Assembly: GCF_053078305.1 (NCBI RefSeq)
Contig: NZ_CP166879.1
DNA length: 64,000 nt
Strand: one strand, 5' to 3'
Below, one piece after another: positions 37,620 through 48,941 of this stretch (positions are counted from its first letter, which is position 1; each line of letters begins with the position of its first letter). Below the pieces are notes generated by a model. The model ran no database searches. It was not told the origin of the DNA and saw only the letters and a list, made by a program, of their open reading frames with translations. The position numbers and the translations under genes were made by a program.

Positions 37620-38657
37620 TTAATCATCACCCGCCACGCGGATCACCACTTTGCCGAAGTTTTTACCCTTCAGCAGGCCGATAAACGTCTGTGGCGCATT
37701 CTCTAAACCGTCAGTAATTTCTTCGCGGTAGTGGATTTTATCCTCTTTCACCCATTGCCCCATCTCCTTCTGAAACTCATGGATGCGGTGACCATAATCC
37801 TGAGCGATAATAAACCCTTGCAAGCGAATACGTTTTTTCAGCACCGTTGCCATCAACAGGGGTAAACGATCCGGACCGGGTGGTAGCTCTGTAGCGTTAT
37901 AGCTGCTCACTAAGCCACAAACGGGAATGCGCGCAGATGTATTAAGTAATGGTAGCACTGCATCAAATACCTTACCGCCCACGTTTTCATAATAGATATC
38001 AATACCTTTTGGGCACGCTTTCGCCAGTTGTTCGGCAAAATCGTCCGCGTGGTGATCAAGGCAAACATCGAAGCCTAACACCTCGGTAGCATGGCGGCAT
38101 TTTTCCGCGCCACCGGCTACCCCCACCACTCTGCAACCTTTAAGTTTGCCGATTTGCCCCACCGTCGCCCCCACTGGTCCTGTCGCCGCAGCTACCACCA
38201 ACGTTTCGCCCTCTTTAGGCTGACCGATATCCAGCAGCCCCATATAAGCGGTAAAGCCTGGCATCCCCAGCACACCCAGCGACCACGATGGATTTTGCGG
38301 ATGATCGCCAAGTTTCACCAGATCATCACCACTGGATATGTCATAGTCCTGCCATCCACTGTAGCCCAGCACCCAGTCGCCAGGCTGATAATCAGGATGA
38401 TTCGACTTCACGACACGGCTCACCGTACCGCCGACCATCACGCCGCCAATATCAACCGGCGGTGAATAAGATGGCTCATCGCTCATACGTCCACGCATAT
38501 ACGGGTCCAGGGACAAATAAACTGTGCGCAGTAACACCTGTCCTTCACCCGGTGTGGCGACATCATCTTCTTCAAGACGGAAATTCTCCGGAACCGGTGC
38601 GCCATGCGGACGCGAGGCCAGAACCCAACGTCGATTACGCTGCTTTTGTTGCCCCAT
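37620..38657 (-). CDS. curA: NADPH-dependent curcumin/dihydrocurcumin reductase CurA (YncB), MDR-family oxidoreductase
   Basis: Begins MGQQKQRNRRWVLASRPHGAPVPENFRLEE; 345 aa. Confidence 0.88.
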   Translation of the reverse strand: MGQQKQRNRRWVLASRPHGAPVPENFRLEEDDVATPGEGQVLLRTVYLSLDPYMRGRMSDEPSYSPPVDIGGVMVGGTVSRVVKSNHPDYQPGDWVLGYSGWQDYDISSGDDLVKLGDHPQNPSWSLGVLGMPGFTAYMGLLDIGQPKEGETLVVAAATGPVGATVGQIGKLKGCRVVGVAGGAEKCRHATEVLGFDVCLDHHADDFAEQLAKACPKGIDIYYENVGGKVFDAVLPLLNTSARIPVCGLVSSYNATELPPGPDRLPLLMATVLKKRIRLQGFIIAQDYGHRIHEFQKEMGQWVKEDKIHYREEITDGLENAPQTFIGLLKGKNFGKVVIRVAGDD

Positions 38658-38837
38658 AATGCTCTCCTGTGCTTTTGGCATGAATCCATCAATAGTAGCA
38701 GGCTCACGGGATTGGTTTTGTTTGCAGCCGTCACATCCCCTCTGCAACACGCAATAATTTCATCGAGGAATCCGTTGCTTCGGGCTGTTTTCGATAGTAT
38801 TGATAACATCATCATCATTATTTTATTGAGGCCAGAC

Positions 38838-39356
38838 ATGTCCATCCGTTTTGCCCGCAAAGCCGACTGTGCTGCCATTGCGGAAATTTATAACCACGCC
38901 GTGTTGTATACGGCGGCTATCTGGAATGACCAAACGGTGGATGCAGATAACCGCATTGCCTGGTTTGAAGCGCGGACCATAGCAGGTTATCCGGTGCTGG
39001 TAAGTGAAGAAGATGGCGTAGTGACGGGATATGCCTCATTTGGCGACTGGCGTAGTTTCGATGGTTTTCGCCATACCGTGGAACATTCGGTTTATGTCCA
39101 TCCCGATCATCAGGGCAAAGGTCTGGGGCGTAAATTGTTAAGCCGATTGATTGATGAAGCGCGGGATTGCGGGAAGCATGTCATGGTCGCCGGGATCGAA
39201 TCGCAAAATCAGGCCTCGCTGCATCTGCACCAGTCGCTGGGATTTGTCGTCACCGCACAAATGCCGCAGGTGGGCACTAAATTTGGGCGCTGGCTGGATC
39301 TGACATTTATGCAGTTGCAACTCGACGAACGCACTGAACCGGACGCGATTGGATGA
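38838..39356 (+). CDS. mnaT: GNAT-family L-amino acid N-acyltransferase MnaT (YncA)
   Basis: Begins MSIRFARKADCAAIAEIYNHAV; 172 aa; GNAT motif QGKGLGRKLL. Confidence 0.88.
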   Translation: MSIRFARKADCAAIAEIYNHAVLYTAAIWNDQTVDADNRIAWFEARTIAGYPVLVSEEDGVVTGYASFGDWRSFDGFRHTVEHSVYVHPDHQGKGLGRKLLSRLIDEARDCGKHVMVAGIESQNQASLHLHQSLGFVVTAQMPQVGTKFGRWLDLTFMQLQLDERTEPDAIG

Positions 39357-39802
39357 ATCAGTCGCTCACCCTTGCCTTTTTGATTGCCGCCGGAATTGGT
39401 CTGGTAGTCCAGAACACGCTGATGGTTCGCATCACCCAGACCTCCTCTACCATTCTCATCGCCATGTTGCTGAACTCACTGGTGGGGATTGTGCTCTTTG
39501 TTTCTATTTTATGGTTTAAACAAGGTATGGCGGGGTTTGGCGAACTGGTGTCCAGCGTGCGCTGGTGGACACTTATACCTGGCTTGCTGGGATCGTTTTT
39601 TGTCTTCGCCAGTATCAGCGGATATCAGAATGTGGGAGCGGCGACAACTATTGCAGTACTGGTCGCCAGCCAGCTGATTGGCGGTCTGGTTCTGGATATC
39701 TTCCGCAGTCATGGCGTACCACTACGGGCGTTGTTCGGCCCAATTTGTGGCGCAATTTTACTTGTGGTTGGCGCCTGGTTGGTAGCCAGACGCTCATTTT
39801 AA
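39353..39802 (+). CDS. ydcZ: DMT-superfamily inner-membrane protein YdcZ
   Basis: 149 aa, 4–5 TM segments; start overlaps the mnaT stop. Confidence 0.85.
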   Translation: MNQSLTLAFLIAAGIGLVVQNTLMVRITQTSSTILIAMLLNSLVGIVLFVSILWFKQGMAGFGELVSSVRWWTLIPGLLGSFFVFASISGYQNVGAATTIAVLVASQLIGGLVLDIFRSHGVPLRALFGPICGAILLVVGAWLVARRSF

Positions 39803-40036
39803 TCACAGGATGGTGCCGCCTTTGGTTAACTGTTCATGGCGCGCTTCCATATCTTCTTTATGCTTGCGACCGTGATGAGCAATAGCGGTGCGCAAACGCT
39901 GCTGCTGGGTGTAGCGATCTTCCCGACTTAACTCCGCGTCATCGCTCAGGGCGATTAATAATTCGTTCATATGGGCAATGACGCTCTCTTCAATCGCGGC
40001 ATCCACACGCGCGATGACTTCATCCAGATGCGACAT
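39803..40036 (-). CDS. ydcY: Small protein YdcY (77 aa)
   Basis: MSHLDEVIARVDAAIEESVIAHMNELLIALSDDAELSREDRYTQQQRLRTAIAHHGRKHKEDMEARHEQLTKGGTIL. Confidence 0.8.
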   Translation of the reverse strand: MSHLDEVIARVDAAIEESVIAHMNELLIALSDDAELSREDRYTQQQRLRTAIAHHGRKHKEDMEARHEQLTKGGTIL

Positions 40037-40121
40037 ACTTTCTCCTTAGCCACTTGTGAAATTTATCGATTCATCCAAATGATATAAGTCTGCGTGGTGC
40101 CGTCAAGCCAGTGAGTAAGAT

Positions 40122-40295
40122 TTAAAACAGTGAAAACAACAGCGCCACCGGGAAACTCATCGGCCATGTTGCCCCCACCAGAAAGGCGCTTAAGAAACGG
40201 ATGCGTTTCTTATCGTGAGAAAGAAACCAAGTGATAAGAAATGCGATTGCTGCCATAACCGCATAAAAAACAAGCATGTGTTGATAGAGAGACAT
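40122..40295 (-). CDS. ortT: Orphan membrane toxin OrtT (YdcX), 57 aa
   Basis: MSLYQHMLVFYAVMAAIAFLITWFLSHDKKRIRFLSAFLVGATWPMSFPVALLFSLF; the ORF track starts upstream at 40343. Confidence 0.8.
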   Translation of the reverse strand: MSLYQHMLVFYAVMAAIAFLITWFLSHDKKRIRFLSAFLVGATWPMSFPVALLFSLF

Positions 40296-40489
40296 GTACG
40301 GGCGTCCAGCCAGATGAATAAAACGCGCGCAAATATGCGTCATTTTTTGACGTACATCAAGTTTTTTAACCGGTTTGAGAAAAAAACATCAAACAGCAAC
40401 TTGCCCTTATCCATCTTCAGAATGAGTATTATTGCGGATTTTCTTAACCCGTACTATACACATAGGGGCAATGATAAAAGGTGGCAAAA

Positions 40490-40585
40490 ATGAATGTTTC
40501 CAGTAGAACTGTAGTACTGATAAATGTCTTTGCTGCTGTTGGTTTGTTTACTCTTATCTCTATGAGATTTGGCTGGTTTATTTGA
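40490..40585 (+). CDS. yncL: Small membrane protein YncL (31 aa)
   Basis: atgaatgtttccagtagaactgtagtactgataaatgtctttgctgctgttggtttgtttactcttatctctatgagatttggctggtttatttga translates to MNVSSRTVVLINVFAAVGLFTLISMRFGWFI; below the ORF-track size cutoff. Confidence 0.7.
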   Translation: MNVSSRTVVLINVFAAVGLFTLISMRFGWFI

Positions 40586-40607
40586 TGTAGTGATTTTGCA
40601 CGCAGCA

Positions 40608-40642
40608 CGTACTGTCAGAGAAATCAGTGCTCTGACAGTACG
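40608..40642. other. Perfect 13-bp inverted repeat (cgtactgtcagag / ctctgacagtacg, 9-nt loop) between yncL and patD
   Basis: Seen in sequence; no flanking U-tract on either strand, so not a canonical intrinsic terminator. Confidence 0.5.
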
Positions 40643-40681
40643 CAAGATCATCTCATACTCTTACGATCTGCAATATTATCC

Positions 40682-42106
40682 TTAATGTTTAACCATGACG
40701 TGGCGGACGACGGTGTAATCCTCCAGCCCATAAAGTGACATATCCTTGCCGTAACCAGAAAGTTTCTGCCCACCGTGCGGCATTTCACTTACCAGCATGA
40801 AATGGGTATTGACCCAGGTACAACCATATTGCAGCCGTGCACTGACGCGATGCGCCCTGCCCACATCTTTCGTCCATACCGAAGATGCAAGTCCGTACTG
40901 GCTGTCATTCGCCCAGTTCACCACCTGTTCTTCGTTGTCGAAGAGCGTAACACTCACTACTGGACCAAATACCTCTTTTTGCACGATGGCATCGTCCTGT
41001 AATGCGCCAGCCAGCAGCGTCGGCGCATAGTAATAGCCATTACCCTTGCGCTTTTCACCGCCAGTGATCACTTTGATGTGCCCTGTCGCTTTCGCCTCTT
41101 CTACTGCCTTGCTGACGCGTTCGAGATGCGCCAGCGAGCTTAAAGGTCCAAGCTCCGTAGACTCGTCATCCGGCGCACCAGATTTTAACGTTGCCACCGC
41201 AGCACCCAGTTTTTCCACCAGCGTATCGTAAATGCCTTTTTGCGCGTAGATCCGACAAGCCGCAGTACAATCCTGTCCAGCATTGTAATAGCCAAATGTA
41301 CGTACACCTTCGACCACTGCTTCAATATCCGCATCATCAAAAACAATCACTGGCGCTTTGCCACCAAGTTCCATATGAGTACGCTTAATGGACGGCGCGG
41401 TATGGCTGATGATGTGCTCGCCGGTGGCGATAGAGCCCGTCAGCGACACCATCCGCACTTTAGGATGTCCGGTCAGCGGATCGCCCACGGTTTTGCCTCT
41501 GCCAAACAGTACGTTAATCACGCCTGCCGGGAAGATATCTTTCGCCAGCTCTGCCAACTTCAACGCGGTCAGCGGGGTAATTTCTGATGGTTTAAGCACT
41601 ACGCAGTTCCCTGCCGCCAGCGCCGGAGCCAGTTTCCACGCTGCCATCATCAGCGGATAATTCCACGGTGCGATAGAAGCCACGACCCCCAACGGATCGC
41701 GACGGATCATCGAAGTATGACCTTCAAGATATTCACCTGCCGCCAGACCATTCAGACAGCGCGCCGCACCCGCGAAAAAGCGAAAAACATCGACAATCGC
41801 CGGGATTTCATCATTGAACGCACTATGCAGCGGTTTGCCACAATTACGGGACTCCAGTTCGGCAAAAACCTGACCATTTTCTTCGATAACATCAGCCAGT
41901 TTCAGCAGACATTCCGCACGCACTTTCGGCGTGGTTTGCCCCCATTCGGCAAATGCTGCATCTGCCGCGCGCACAGCAGCATCGACCTGCTCTGCGGATG
42001 CCTCGGCAATCTCCAGTAAAACGTCCCCCGTTGCCGGATTATAGACAGGCTGTTTTTCCCCTTCGCCGCTAACCAGTTCTCCGTTAATCAGTAACTTATG
42101 TTGCAT
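40682..42106 (-). CDS. patD: Gamma-aminobutyraldehyde dehydrogenase PatD (YdcW/Prr), aldehyde dehydrogenase family
   Basis: 474 aa, begins [30 protein letters not shown]; ALDH catalytic Cys context. Confidence 0.9.
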   Translation of the reverse strand: MQHKLLINGELVSGEGEKQPVYNPATGDVLLEIAEASAEQVDAAVRAADAAFAEWGQTTPKVRAECLLKLADVIEENGQVFAELESRNCGKPLHSAFNDEIPAIVDVFRFFAGAARCLNGLAAGEYLEGHTSMIRRDPLGVVASIAPWNYPLMMAAWKLAPALAAGNCVVLKPSEITPLTALKLAELAKDIFPAGVINVLFGRGKTVGDPLTGHPKVRMVSLTGSIATGEHIISHTAPSIKRTHMELGGKAPVIVFDDADIEAVVEGVRTFGYYNAGQDCTAACRIYAQKGIYDTLVEKLGAAVATLKSGAPDDESTELGPLSSLAHLERVSKAVEEAKATGHIKVITGGEKRKGNGYYYAPTLLAGALQDDAIVQKEVFGPVVSVTLFDNEEQVVNWANDSQYGLASSVWTKDVGRAHRVSARLQYGCTWVNTHFMLVSEMPHGGQKLSGYGKDMSLYGLEDYTVVRHVMVKH

Positions 42107-42127
42107 AGCATATTCCTGTATCAGTGG

Positions 42128-42922
42128 TTATTGACCATTGTCGCCTTCGCGGGTTAGCCACCAGGCCCCCAGGATCGGCAAGGTTGTTACCAACATAACC
42201 AGCAGTGCCACCACGTTAGTTACCGGTACATCACGCGGTCGCCCAAGCTGATTGAGCAACCACAACGGTAACGTTCGTTCATGACCTGCCGTAAAGGTCG
42301 TAACGATGATTTCATCGAACGACAAGGCAAACGCCAGCATTCCTCCTGCCAGTAACGCCGAACTGAGATTCGGCAACACTACGTAGCGGAAGGTTTGCCA
42401 GCCATTGGCCCCAAGATCCATTGACGCCTCAACCAGACTCCACGAGGTGCGGCGAAAACGGGCGATGACATTGTTAAACACCACCACTACGCAAAAAGTC
42501 GCATGGCCGACCACGATGGTGAAAAATCCCGGCTCCAGATTGATGGTTTTAAAAGCGGTTAATAGCGCCAGACCAGTGACAATGCCCGGCAGCGCAATGG
42601 GCAGCAGCAGTAACAGCGAAATGGCGTTTTTGCCGAAAAAGTCTCGTCGCCACAGCGCGGCAGCTGCAAGCGTCCCTAACACCAGCGCGATTAATGTCGC
42701 CAGCGCCGCCACTTTAAGTGACAGTGTCACGGCATCAAGAATATCACTACGCTGTGCTGCCACGCTAAACCAGCGCAGCGTCAGGCCTTGCGGTGGAAAA
42801 CTAAACGCCGCATCTTCAGTGTTAAACGCATAGGCGGCGATAATCAGGATAGGAAAATGTAGGAAAACTACGCCGCCCCAGGCCGCCAGTTTGAGGAAAA
42901 ACGGTGCGCGTTCAGAGTGCAT
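42128..42922 (-). CDS. ydcV: ABC transporter permease YdcV
   Basis: 264 aa multi-TM permease; start overlaps the ydcU stop. Confidence 0.85.
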
Positions 42923-43853
42923 CGAACGCTCCCAGACGTTTCACGAACGCCAGGTACAGTGCGATGAGAACAATCGGCACCAGGGTGAATGCCGCCGCCA
43001 TCGGCATATTGCCAATCGCCCCCTGCTGGGAATAAACCATATTGCCGATAAAATATCCTGGAGGGCCAACCAGTTGCGGGACGATAAAATCACCCAGTGT
43101 GAGTGAGAAGGTAAAGATAGAGCCAGCGGCAATACCCGGGATCGCCAGCGGCAGCACCACATAGCGAAAGGTTTGTCGTGGACGTGCGCCGAGATCAGCT
43201 GACGCCTGCAACAATGACGGCGGCAAACGCTCAAGCGCCGCCTGCACGGGCAGGATCATGAACGGCAGCCAGATATAGAGAAACACCAGAAAGCGCCCCA
43301 GCCCGGAAGTTGACAGCGTATTGCCGCCCACCGCAGGTAATGTAAGGAACGCAGTCAGCAGTGGTTCCAGCCCCAGATGTTGTAAAAACCACTGAGCCAC
43401 GCCATCTTTTGCCAGCAATAACGTCCAGGCATAGGCTTTAACAATGTAGCTCGCCCACATCGGCAACATTACCGCGATATAAAAAAACGCTTTCATTTTT
43501 CCGCTGGTATAGCGCGCCATATACCACGCCATTGGAAAAGCCAGAATGGCGCTGGCGATAGTGACTGCCACAGCCATAGTCAGCGTGCGGAGAATGATGT
43601 CGTAATTTGCCGGATTAAACAGCGCACGGATGTTCGCCAGCGTCAGTTCCGGCGTTACCGACATGGTGAAATCGTCAAAGGTATAAAAGCCCTGCCATAA
43701 CAGCGTTAGCAGCGAGCCGAAATAGACAATGCCAAACCACATTAGCGGGCCAAGCAGCAGCAAAAACAGCCCCAGCCCCGGATTCCGCCAGAAGAAACCG
43801 GACACCTTACCCAGACCTGGACGTGAAGGTGATTGCAATACGTTCATCGCCAT
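42912..43853 (-). CDS. ydcU: ABC transporter permease YdcU
   Basis: 313 aa multi-TM permease. Confidence 0.85.
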
Positions 43854-44867
43854 TCACCTCTCCTCAACCAGCGGCACCATCACATCACGCGACCAGGAAA
43901 CCATCACCTGTTGTCCGGGCGTGAGCGTGGCAGGCAGTTCTTCGCCTGTCATATTGGCCTGACTCACCAGCAGTTTTTCACCGCCGTTCAATTTCAGTTC
44001 AAAACGAGTTGCCGCGCCCTGATATTGCACCGCCTGGATCGTGCCATTGGCCTGCAGTTCACCTGGGGTGTTGAGACGGATATGTTCCGGTCGTAGTGCG
44101 AAGCTTCCCGTCATGCCACAAAGTTTCTCTGCCATCAGTCCATCAAAAACATTCGATGTCCCAACGAATCCGGCAACAAACGGCGTGCGCGGGCGCATAT
44201 AGAGATCGCGCGGGGAATCGACCTGCTCAATGCGTCCATTATTGAAAACCGCCACACGATCGGACATCGATAACGCTTCGCCCTGATCGTGGGTAACGAA
44301 GATAAAAGTGATACCGAGAGACTGTTGCAGTTTTTTCAGTTCCAGCTGCATCTGCTCACGCAATTTGAGATCCAGTGCGCCGAGCGGTTCATCCAACAGC
44401 AATACGCGCGGTTCATTCACCAATGCTCTGGCGATAGCAACCCGCTGGCGCTGACCACCAGAAAGTTGTGACGGTTTACGTTGCCGTACAAACCCCAACG
44501 CCACTTTCTCCAGCGCCTCTTGCGCCATTGCGTGCCGCTGCTTTTTATTCACGCCTTTGACCATCAGCCCATAGGCGACGTTGTCAAGAATCGACATATG
44601 CGGAAATAGCGCGTAGTCCTGAAAGACAGTATTCACGTCCCGCTCCCACGGTGGCAGATTGCTGGCGGGTTTACCAAAGATAGAGATAGCCCCGCCGGAA
44701 AGCTGTTCGAAGCCAGCAATCAGGCGCAGGCAGGTGGTTTTGCCGGAGCCGGACGGCCCCAGCATAGAGAAGAACTCACCATCTTTTATCGCAATACTGA
44801 CGCCATCTACTGCGCGCACGTCACCGTACAACCGCGAGACGTTGTCAAACTCCACTGCGTACGTCAT
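43854..44867 (-). CDS. ydcT: ABC transporter ATP-binding protein YdcT
   Basis: Walker A GPSGSGKTT, signature LSGGQRQR, Walker B LLLDEP; start at MTYAVEFDNVS (the ORF track extends to 44924). Confidence 0.88.
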   Translation of the reverse strand: MTYAVEFDNVSRLYGDVRAVDGVSIAIKDGEFFSMLGPSGSGKTTCLRLIAGFEQLSGGAISIFGKPASNLPPWERDVNTVFQDYALFPHMSILDNVAYGLMVKGVNKKQRHAMAQEALEKVALGFVRQRKPSQLSGGQRQRVAIARALVNEPRVLLLDEPLGALDLKLREQMQLELKKLQQSLGITFIFVTHDQGEALSMSDRVAVFNNGRIEQVDSPRDLYMRPRTPFVAGFVGTSNVFDGLMAEKLCGMTGSFALRPEHIRLNTPGELQANGTIQAVQYQGAATRFELKLNGGEKLLVSQANMTGEELPATLTPGQQVMVSWSRDVMVPLVEER

Positions 44868-44884
44868 AAAGCACCCCAGCGAAG

Positions 44885-46030
44885 TTAGCGACCGCCCATA
44901 ATGGCAATGTAATCCTGCGTCCAACGACTGTAGGGAACAAACTTGCCCCCTTCTGCTATAGGCGTTTTCCAGAAGGCGATTTTGTCGAAATAGTTAAAAC
45001 CGTTGGTTTCACAACCTTTTTCGCCTAATAACGGACTGGCTTTACACCCTTCCGGCACTACCGGTAACGAGCCAAACCAGGCCGCCACATCGCCCTGCAC
45101 TTTTGGCGTTAATGACCAGTTCATCCATTTGTAGGCGCAAACCGGATGTTTCGCTTCGCTATGTAGCATGGTGGTGTCAGCCCAACCGGTAACGCCCTCC
45201 TTCGGGAAAACGGTAGCGACAGGCTGACCTTCGGCTTTCAAGGCGTTGGCCTGATAGGGCCAGGCACTGGAAGCGACCACACCCTCGTTTTTGAAATCGC
45301 TCATTTGCACGGTAGTGTCATGCCAGTAGCGATGGATCAAACTATGTTGATCACGCAGCACTTTCAGCACCGCCTGGTACTGTTCTTCGGTGAGTTGATA
45401 CGGATCGCTGATGCCCAACTGCGGCTGAGTGGCTTTAACGAACAACGCAGCGTCCGCAATGTAGATAGGGCCATCATAAGCCTGAACGCGGCCTTTATTG
45501 CTCTTGCCGTCCGGCAGATTCTGCTCAACAAAAACCACTTGCCAGCTATCCGGCGGCGTCGGGAAGGTTTTAGTGTTGTACATCAGCAGGTTCGGCCCCC
45601 ATTGGTAAGGTGTACCGTAAACTTTGCCGCCAACGTTAAACCAGTCGCCTTTAACCACGCGCGGATCGAGCGTTTTCCAGTTGGGAATCAATGCGGTATT
45701 AATCGGCTGCACGCGTTTACCCATAATCAAACGCAGCGAGGCATCGCCGGACGCCGTGACCAGATCGTAACCTCCTTTGGTCATCAGGCTGACCATTTCA
45801 TCGGAAGTCGCCGCAGTTTTCACATTCACCGCGCAGCCTGTCTCTTTTTCGAATTGCTTTACCCAGTCGTATTGTTTATCAGTTTGTCCGCGTTCGATAT
45901 ATCCCGGCCAGGCGATAATATCCAGTCGCCCTTCCGGTTTATCTAAATTGGTAGGAGGTTCGGCGGCGTGAGCGGTCATTATTGTCATGCTGAGCGCACA
46001 CAGGCTGCTGCGGGCAAATGTCTTGCTCAT
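44885..46030 (-). CDS. ydcS: Periplasmic polyamine-type substrate-binding protein YdcS
   Basis: 381 aa with signal peptide; first gene of the ydcSTUV-patD cluster. Confidence 0.88.
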   Translation of the reverse strand: MSKTFARSSLCALSMTIMTAHAAEPPTNLDKPEGRLDIIAWPGYIERGQTDKQYDWVKQFEKETGCAVNVKTAATSDEMVSLMTKGGYDLVTASGDASLRLIMGKRVQPINTALIPNWKTLDPRVVKGDWFNVGGKVYGTPYQWGPNLLMYNTKTFPTPPDSWQVVFVEQNLPDGKSNKGRVQAYDGPIYIADAALFVKATQPQLGISDPYQLTEEQYQAVLKVLRDQHSLIHRYWHDTTVQMSDFKNEGVVASSAWPYQANALKAEGQPVATVFPKEGVTGWADTTMLHSEAKHPVCAYKWMNWSLTPKVQGDVAAWFGSLPVVPEGCKASPLLGEKGCETNGFNYFDKIAFWKTPIAEGGKFVPYSRWTQDYIAIMGGR

Positions 46031-46274
46031 AATGTCTTACTCCTGTCGTAATTAATTGTTCAGCCGCCGTGCCGTAAAAATATCTCCTTGTTTAACCATA
46101 GACGGCGGCTTGCAGGCACACCTTCGCCCCTGAGAAAATTTAATCAGGTTGTGAGCTACCGCGCATTATGCCGTCTGTAAGGTTATCTTCTGGAGTATAG
46201 ACAAGGAGTTAGGAAATATGACTGCTATTCGAAATTCATATTACCCAATCTAAGAGGAATTAAATTAAACGCTA

Positions 46275-47681
46275 TTACAGCCGTTCTTGAATAAGTTTGC
46301 CTAATTGTTTTACCGCCTGTTCTTCACGTTCTCCCCACTGCCACGCGGTATTAAAACGAAAAAAACGTGACCAGTTTTCACCGGTAGAAAACATTTTACC
46401 CGGCGCAATACTGATATGATGCGTCAGTGCCGCCAGGCTCAATTCGCCGGCATCTAACGGCTCGGGGAGCTCCAGCCAGAGAAAATAACCGCTGTCATTA
46501 TGATGAATTTTCACTTCCGCAGGCAGATAACGCAGCAGTGCCTGCCAGGCACGTTGTTTACGTTCCGCAAGCTGGCGACGCAGGCGACGAAGATGGGCGT
46601 CGTATCGGCGCGTGGAAAGGTAATCCACCAGCGCAAGCTGCATCGGTGAGCTGGTGGAAAGCGTACTCATCAACTGCAAGCGTTGAATTTTACGTGCATG
46701 TTTTCCGGCGGCGACCCAACCAATACGAAAACCAGGCACCAGACATTTCGAAAACGAAGAGCAATGCAAAACGCCATCGTGGCGATCCCACGCTTTCGCA
46801 GGCAGCGGTTTTTCCCGTCCAAAATAAAGTTCGCTGTAAACGTCATCTTCAATCAGCGTTACGTTGTACTGATTGAGTAACGCCACCAGTTTTGCTTTTT
46901 TTTGCGGCGTTAAGGTAAATCCGAGTGGGTTCTGGCTATTAGTCATCAGCCAGCACGCTTTCACCGGATACTCCTGCAACGCCAGTTCCAGCGCCTGAAG
47001 ATCGATCCCTTCTTTAACATCCGTCGCTACCGATAACGCTTTCAGCCGTAGCCGTTCCAGCGCCTGCAACGCGCCATAGAAACAAGGATTCTCTACTATC
47101 ACCCAATCGCCCGGTTCAGTTACCGCTTGCAAACTGAGGTTTAATGCTTCTAACGCCCCGGCAGTGATGACAATTTCATCAGGAGAAATGGTGATGCCCT
47201 GTAAGGCATAGCGACGAGCAATAGCCTGACGCAGTTCTGCGTTTCCTGGCGGTAAGTTTTCAATCACACTCATCGCTGTGGCGGTTTTGCTTACCTGCGC
47301 CAGCGAGCGGTTTAGTTGTTGGAGGGGGAAAAGTCGCGGGTCGGGAAAGGCCGAGGCAAACGGAACGACCGACGGATCGCGACTGGCCTGCAACATATCA
47401 AAAATATAAGTGTTGATATCGACTGCTTCATCTCGAGTGACTGGAATGACTGGCACTTTCGGCATTTTTATTGCCTGTGGCGCAACGTAATAACCCGACT
47501 GCGGTCGTGCGATAATATATCCCTGACTTTCGAGCAACTGATAGGCATGGCTGACAGTCATAAAGCTCATGCCAGAAAGCGCCACCTGGTCACGCAACGA
47601 AGGCAAACGATCGCCGGGTTGCCAGATACCCGACGCAATCTGCTCGCGTAATTGTTCTGCAAGCTGCTGGTATTTTTTCAT
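46275..47681 (-). CDS. ydcR: MocR/GntR-family transcriptional regulator with aminotransferase-like domain YdcR
   Basis: 468 aa; N-terminal HTH followed by a PLP-fold domain. Confidence 0.85.
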   Translation of the reverse strand: MKKYQQLAEQLREQIASGIWQPGDRLPSLRDQVALSGMSFMTVSHAYQLLESQGYIIARPQSGYYVAPQAIKMPKVPVIPVTRDEAVDINTYIFDMLQASRDPSVVPFASAFPDPRLFPLQQLNRSLAQVSKTATAMSVIENLPPGNAELRQAIARRYALQGITISPDEIVITAGALEALNLSLQAVTEPGDWVIVENPCFYGALQALERLRLKALSVATDVKEGIDLQALELALQEYPVKACWLMTNSQNPLGFTLTPQKKAKLVALLNQYNVTLIEDDVYSELYFGREKPLPAKAWDRHDGVLHCSSFSKCLVPGFRIGWVAAGKHARKIQRLQLMSTLSTSSPMQLALVDYLSTRRYDAHLRRLRRQLAERKQRAWQALLRYLPAEVKIHHNDSGYFLWLELPEPLDAGELSLAALTHHISIAPGKMFSTGENWSRFFRFNTAWQWGEREEQAVKQLGKLIQERL

Positions 47682-47759
47682 TATCGAATCGTAATTATGT
47701 GCAGATGATTCGGCAGTCTATATCAGTTGTTAAAAATGACAACTTTTCGTTAACTGTAA

Positions 47760-48197
<438 letters not shown>

Positions 48198-48221
48198 GTC
48201 ATTAACCTTTTTAATTGGCGA

Positions 48222-48398
48222 TTAACTCAAACCGAGTTGTTTCAGGATTGCTTTACGCAATGGTTCTTTAATCTCATCGCAGGGGTGACGCGGCATGACA
48301 CTGCGCATCCCATGAAACCTGAGTTTCAAATGGTTGCTGCCATTCGCTACATCGACGCCCTGAGATTCGAGCCAACGTCTGAACTCGCTTTGTTTCAC
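48222..48398 (-). CDS. hicA: HicA toxin (mRNA interferase), 58 aa, GTG start
   Basis: Manual translation of the reverse strand gives VKQSEFRRWLESQGVDVANGSNHLKLRFHGMRSVMPRHPCDEIKEPLRKAILKQLGLS; absent from the ORF track (GTG start, under 60 aa). Confidence 0.8.
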   Translation of the reverse strand: MKQSEFRRWLESQGVDVANGSNHLKLRFHGMRSVMPRHPCDEIKEPLRKAILKQLGLS

Positions 48399-48619
48399 AT
48401 CGCCTCCCTGCCGCTGAGTATATCAACAAAGTAAACATTTGTGTTTACCTCCGTGCGTAATTTGCTCGAAAATAGCAATAAATCGCCGCAACGGCAGAAT
48501 GCAATGCAAAATCAGGAAGGAAGATTCCAGAATTTCTTTGCGCTAATTTGCAAAACTGAATAATAACCTAAAGAAACTATCGGCATCATAGCGGCAAAAG
48601 GTAAGAAAAAGGTGGCAGG

Positions 48620-48850
48620 ATGTTTACGAAGGCGTTATCGGTTGTCTTATTAACGTGTGCGCTGTTCTCAGGACAACTCATGGCAGGGCACAAAGGACAT
48701 GAATTTGTGTGGGTAAAGAATGTGGATCATCAGCTGCGTCATGAAGCGGACAGCGATGAATTGCGTGCTGTGGCGGAAGAGTCGGCGGAAGGTTTGCGCG
48801 AGCATTTTTACTGGCAAAAATCGCGCAAACCAGAAGCGGGACAACGTTGA
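48620..48850 (+). CDS. yncJ: Small secreted protein YncJ (76 aa)
   Basis: MFTKALSVVLLTCALFSGQLMAGHKGHEFVWVKNVDHQL...; signal peptide. Confidence 0.8.
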   Translation: MFTKALSVVLLTCALFSGQLMAGHKGHEFVWVKNVDHQLRHEADSDELRAVAEESAEGLREHFYWQKSRKPEAGQR

Positions 48851-48941
48851 GTCGTTTGATGCCGGATGCGGCGTAACGCCTTACCCGGCAGGCAATATCA
48901 TGCAGATTCAATGAGTGGTGAGTAACCAGAAAACTGGCGTT

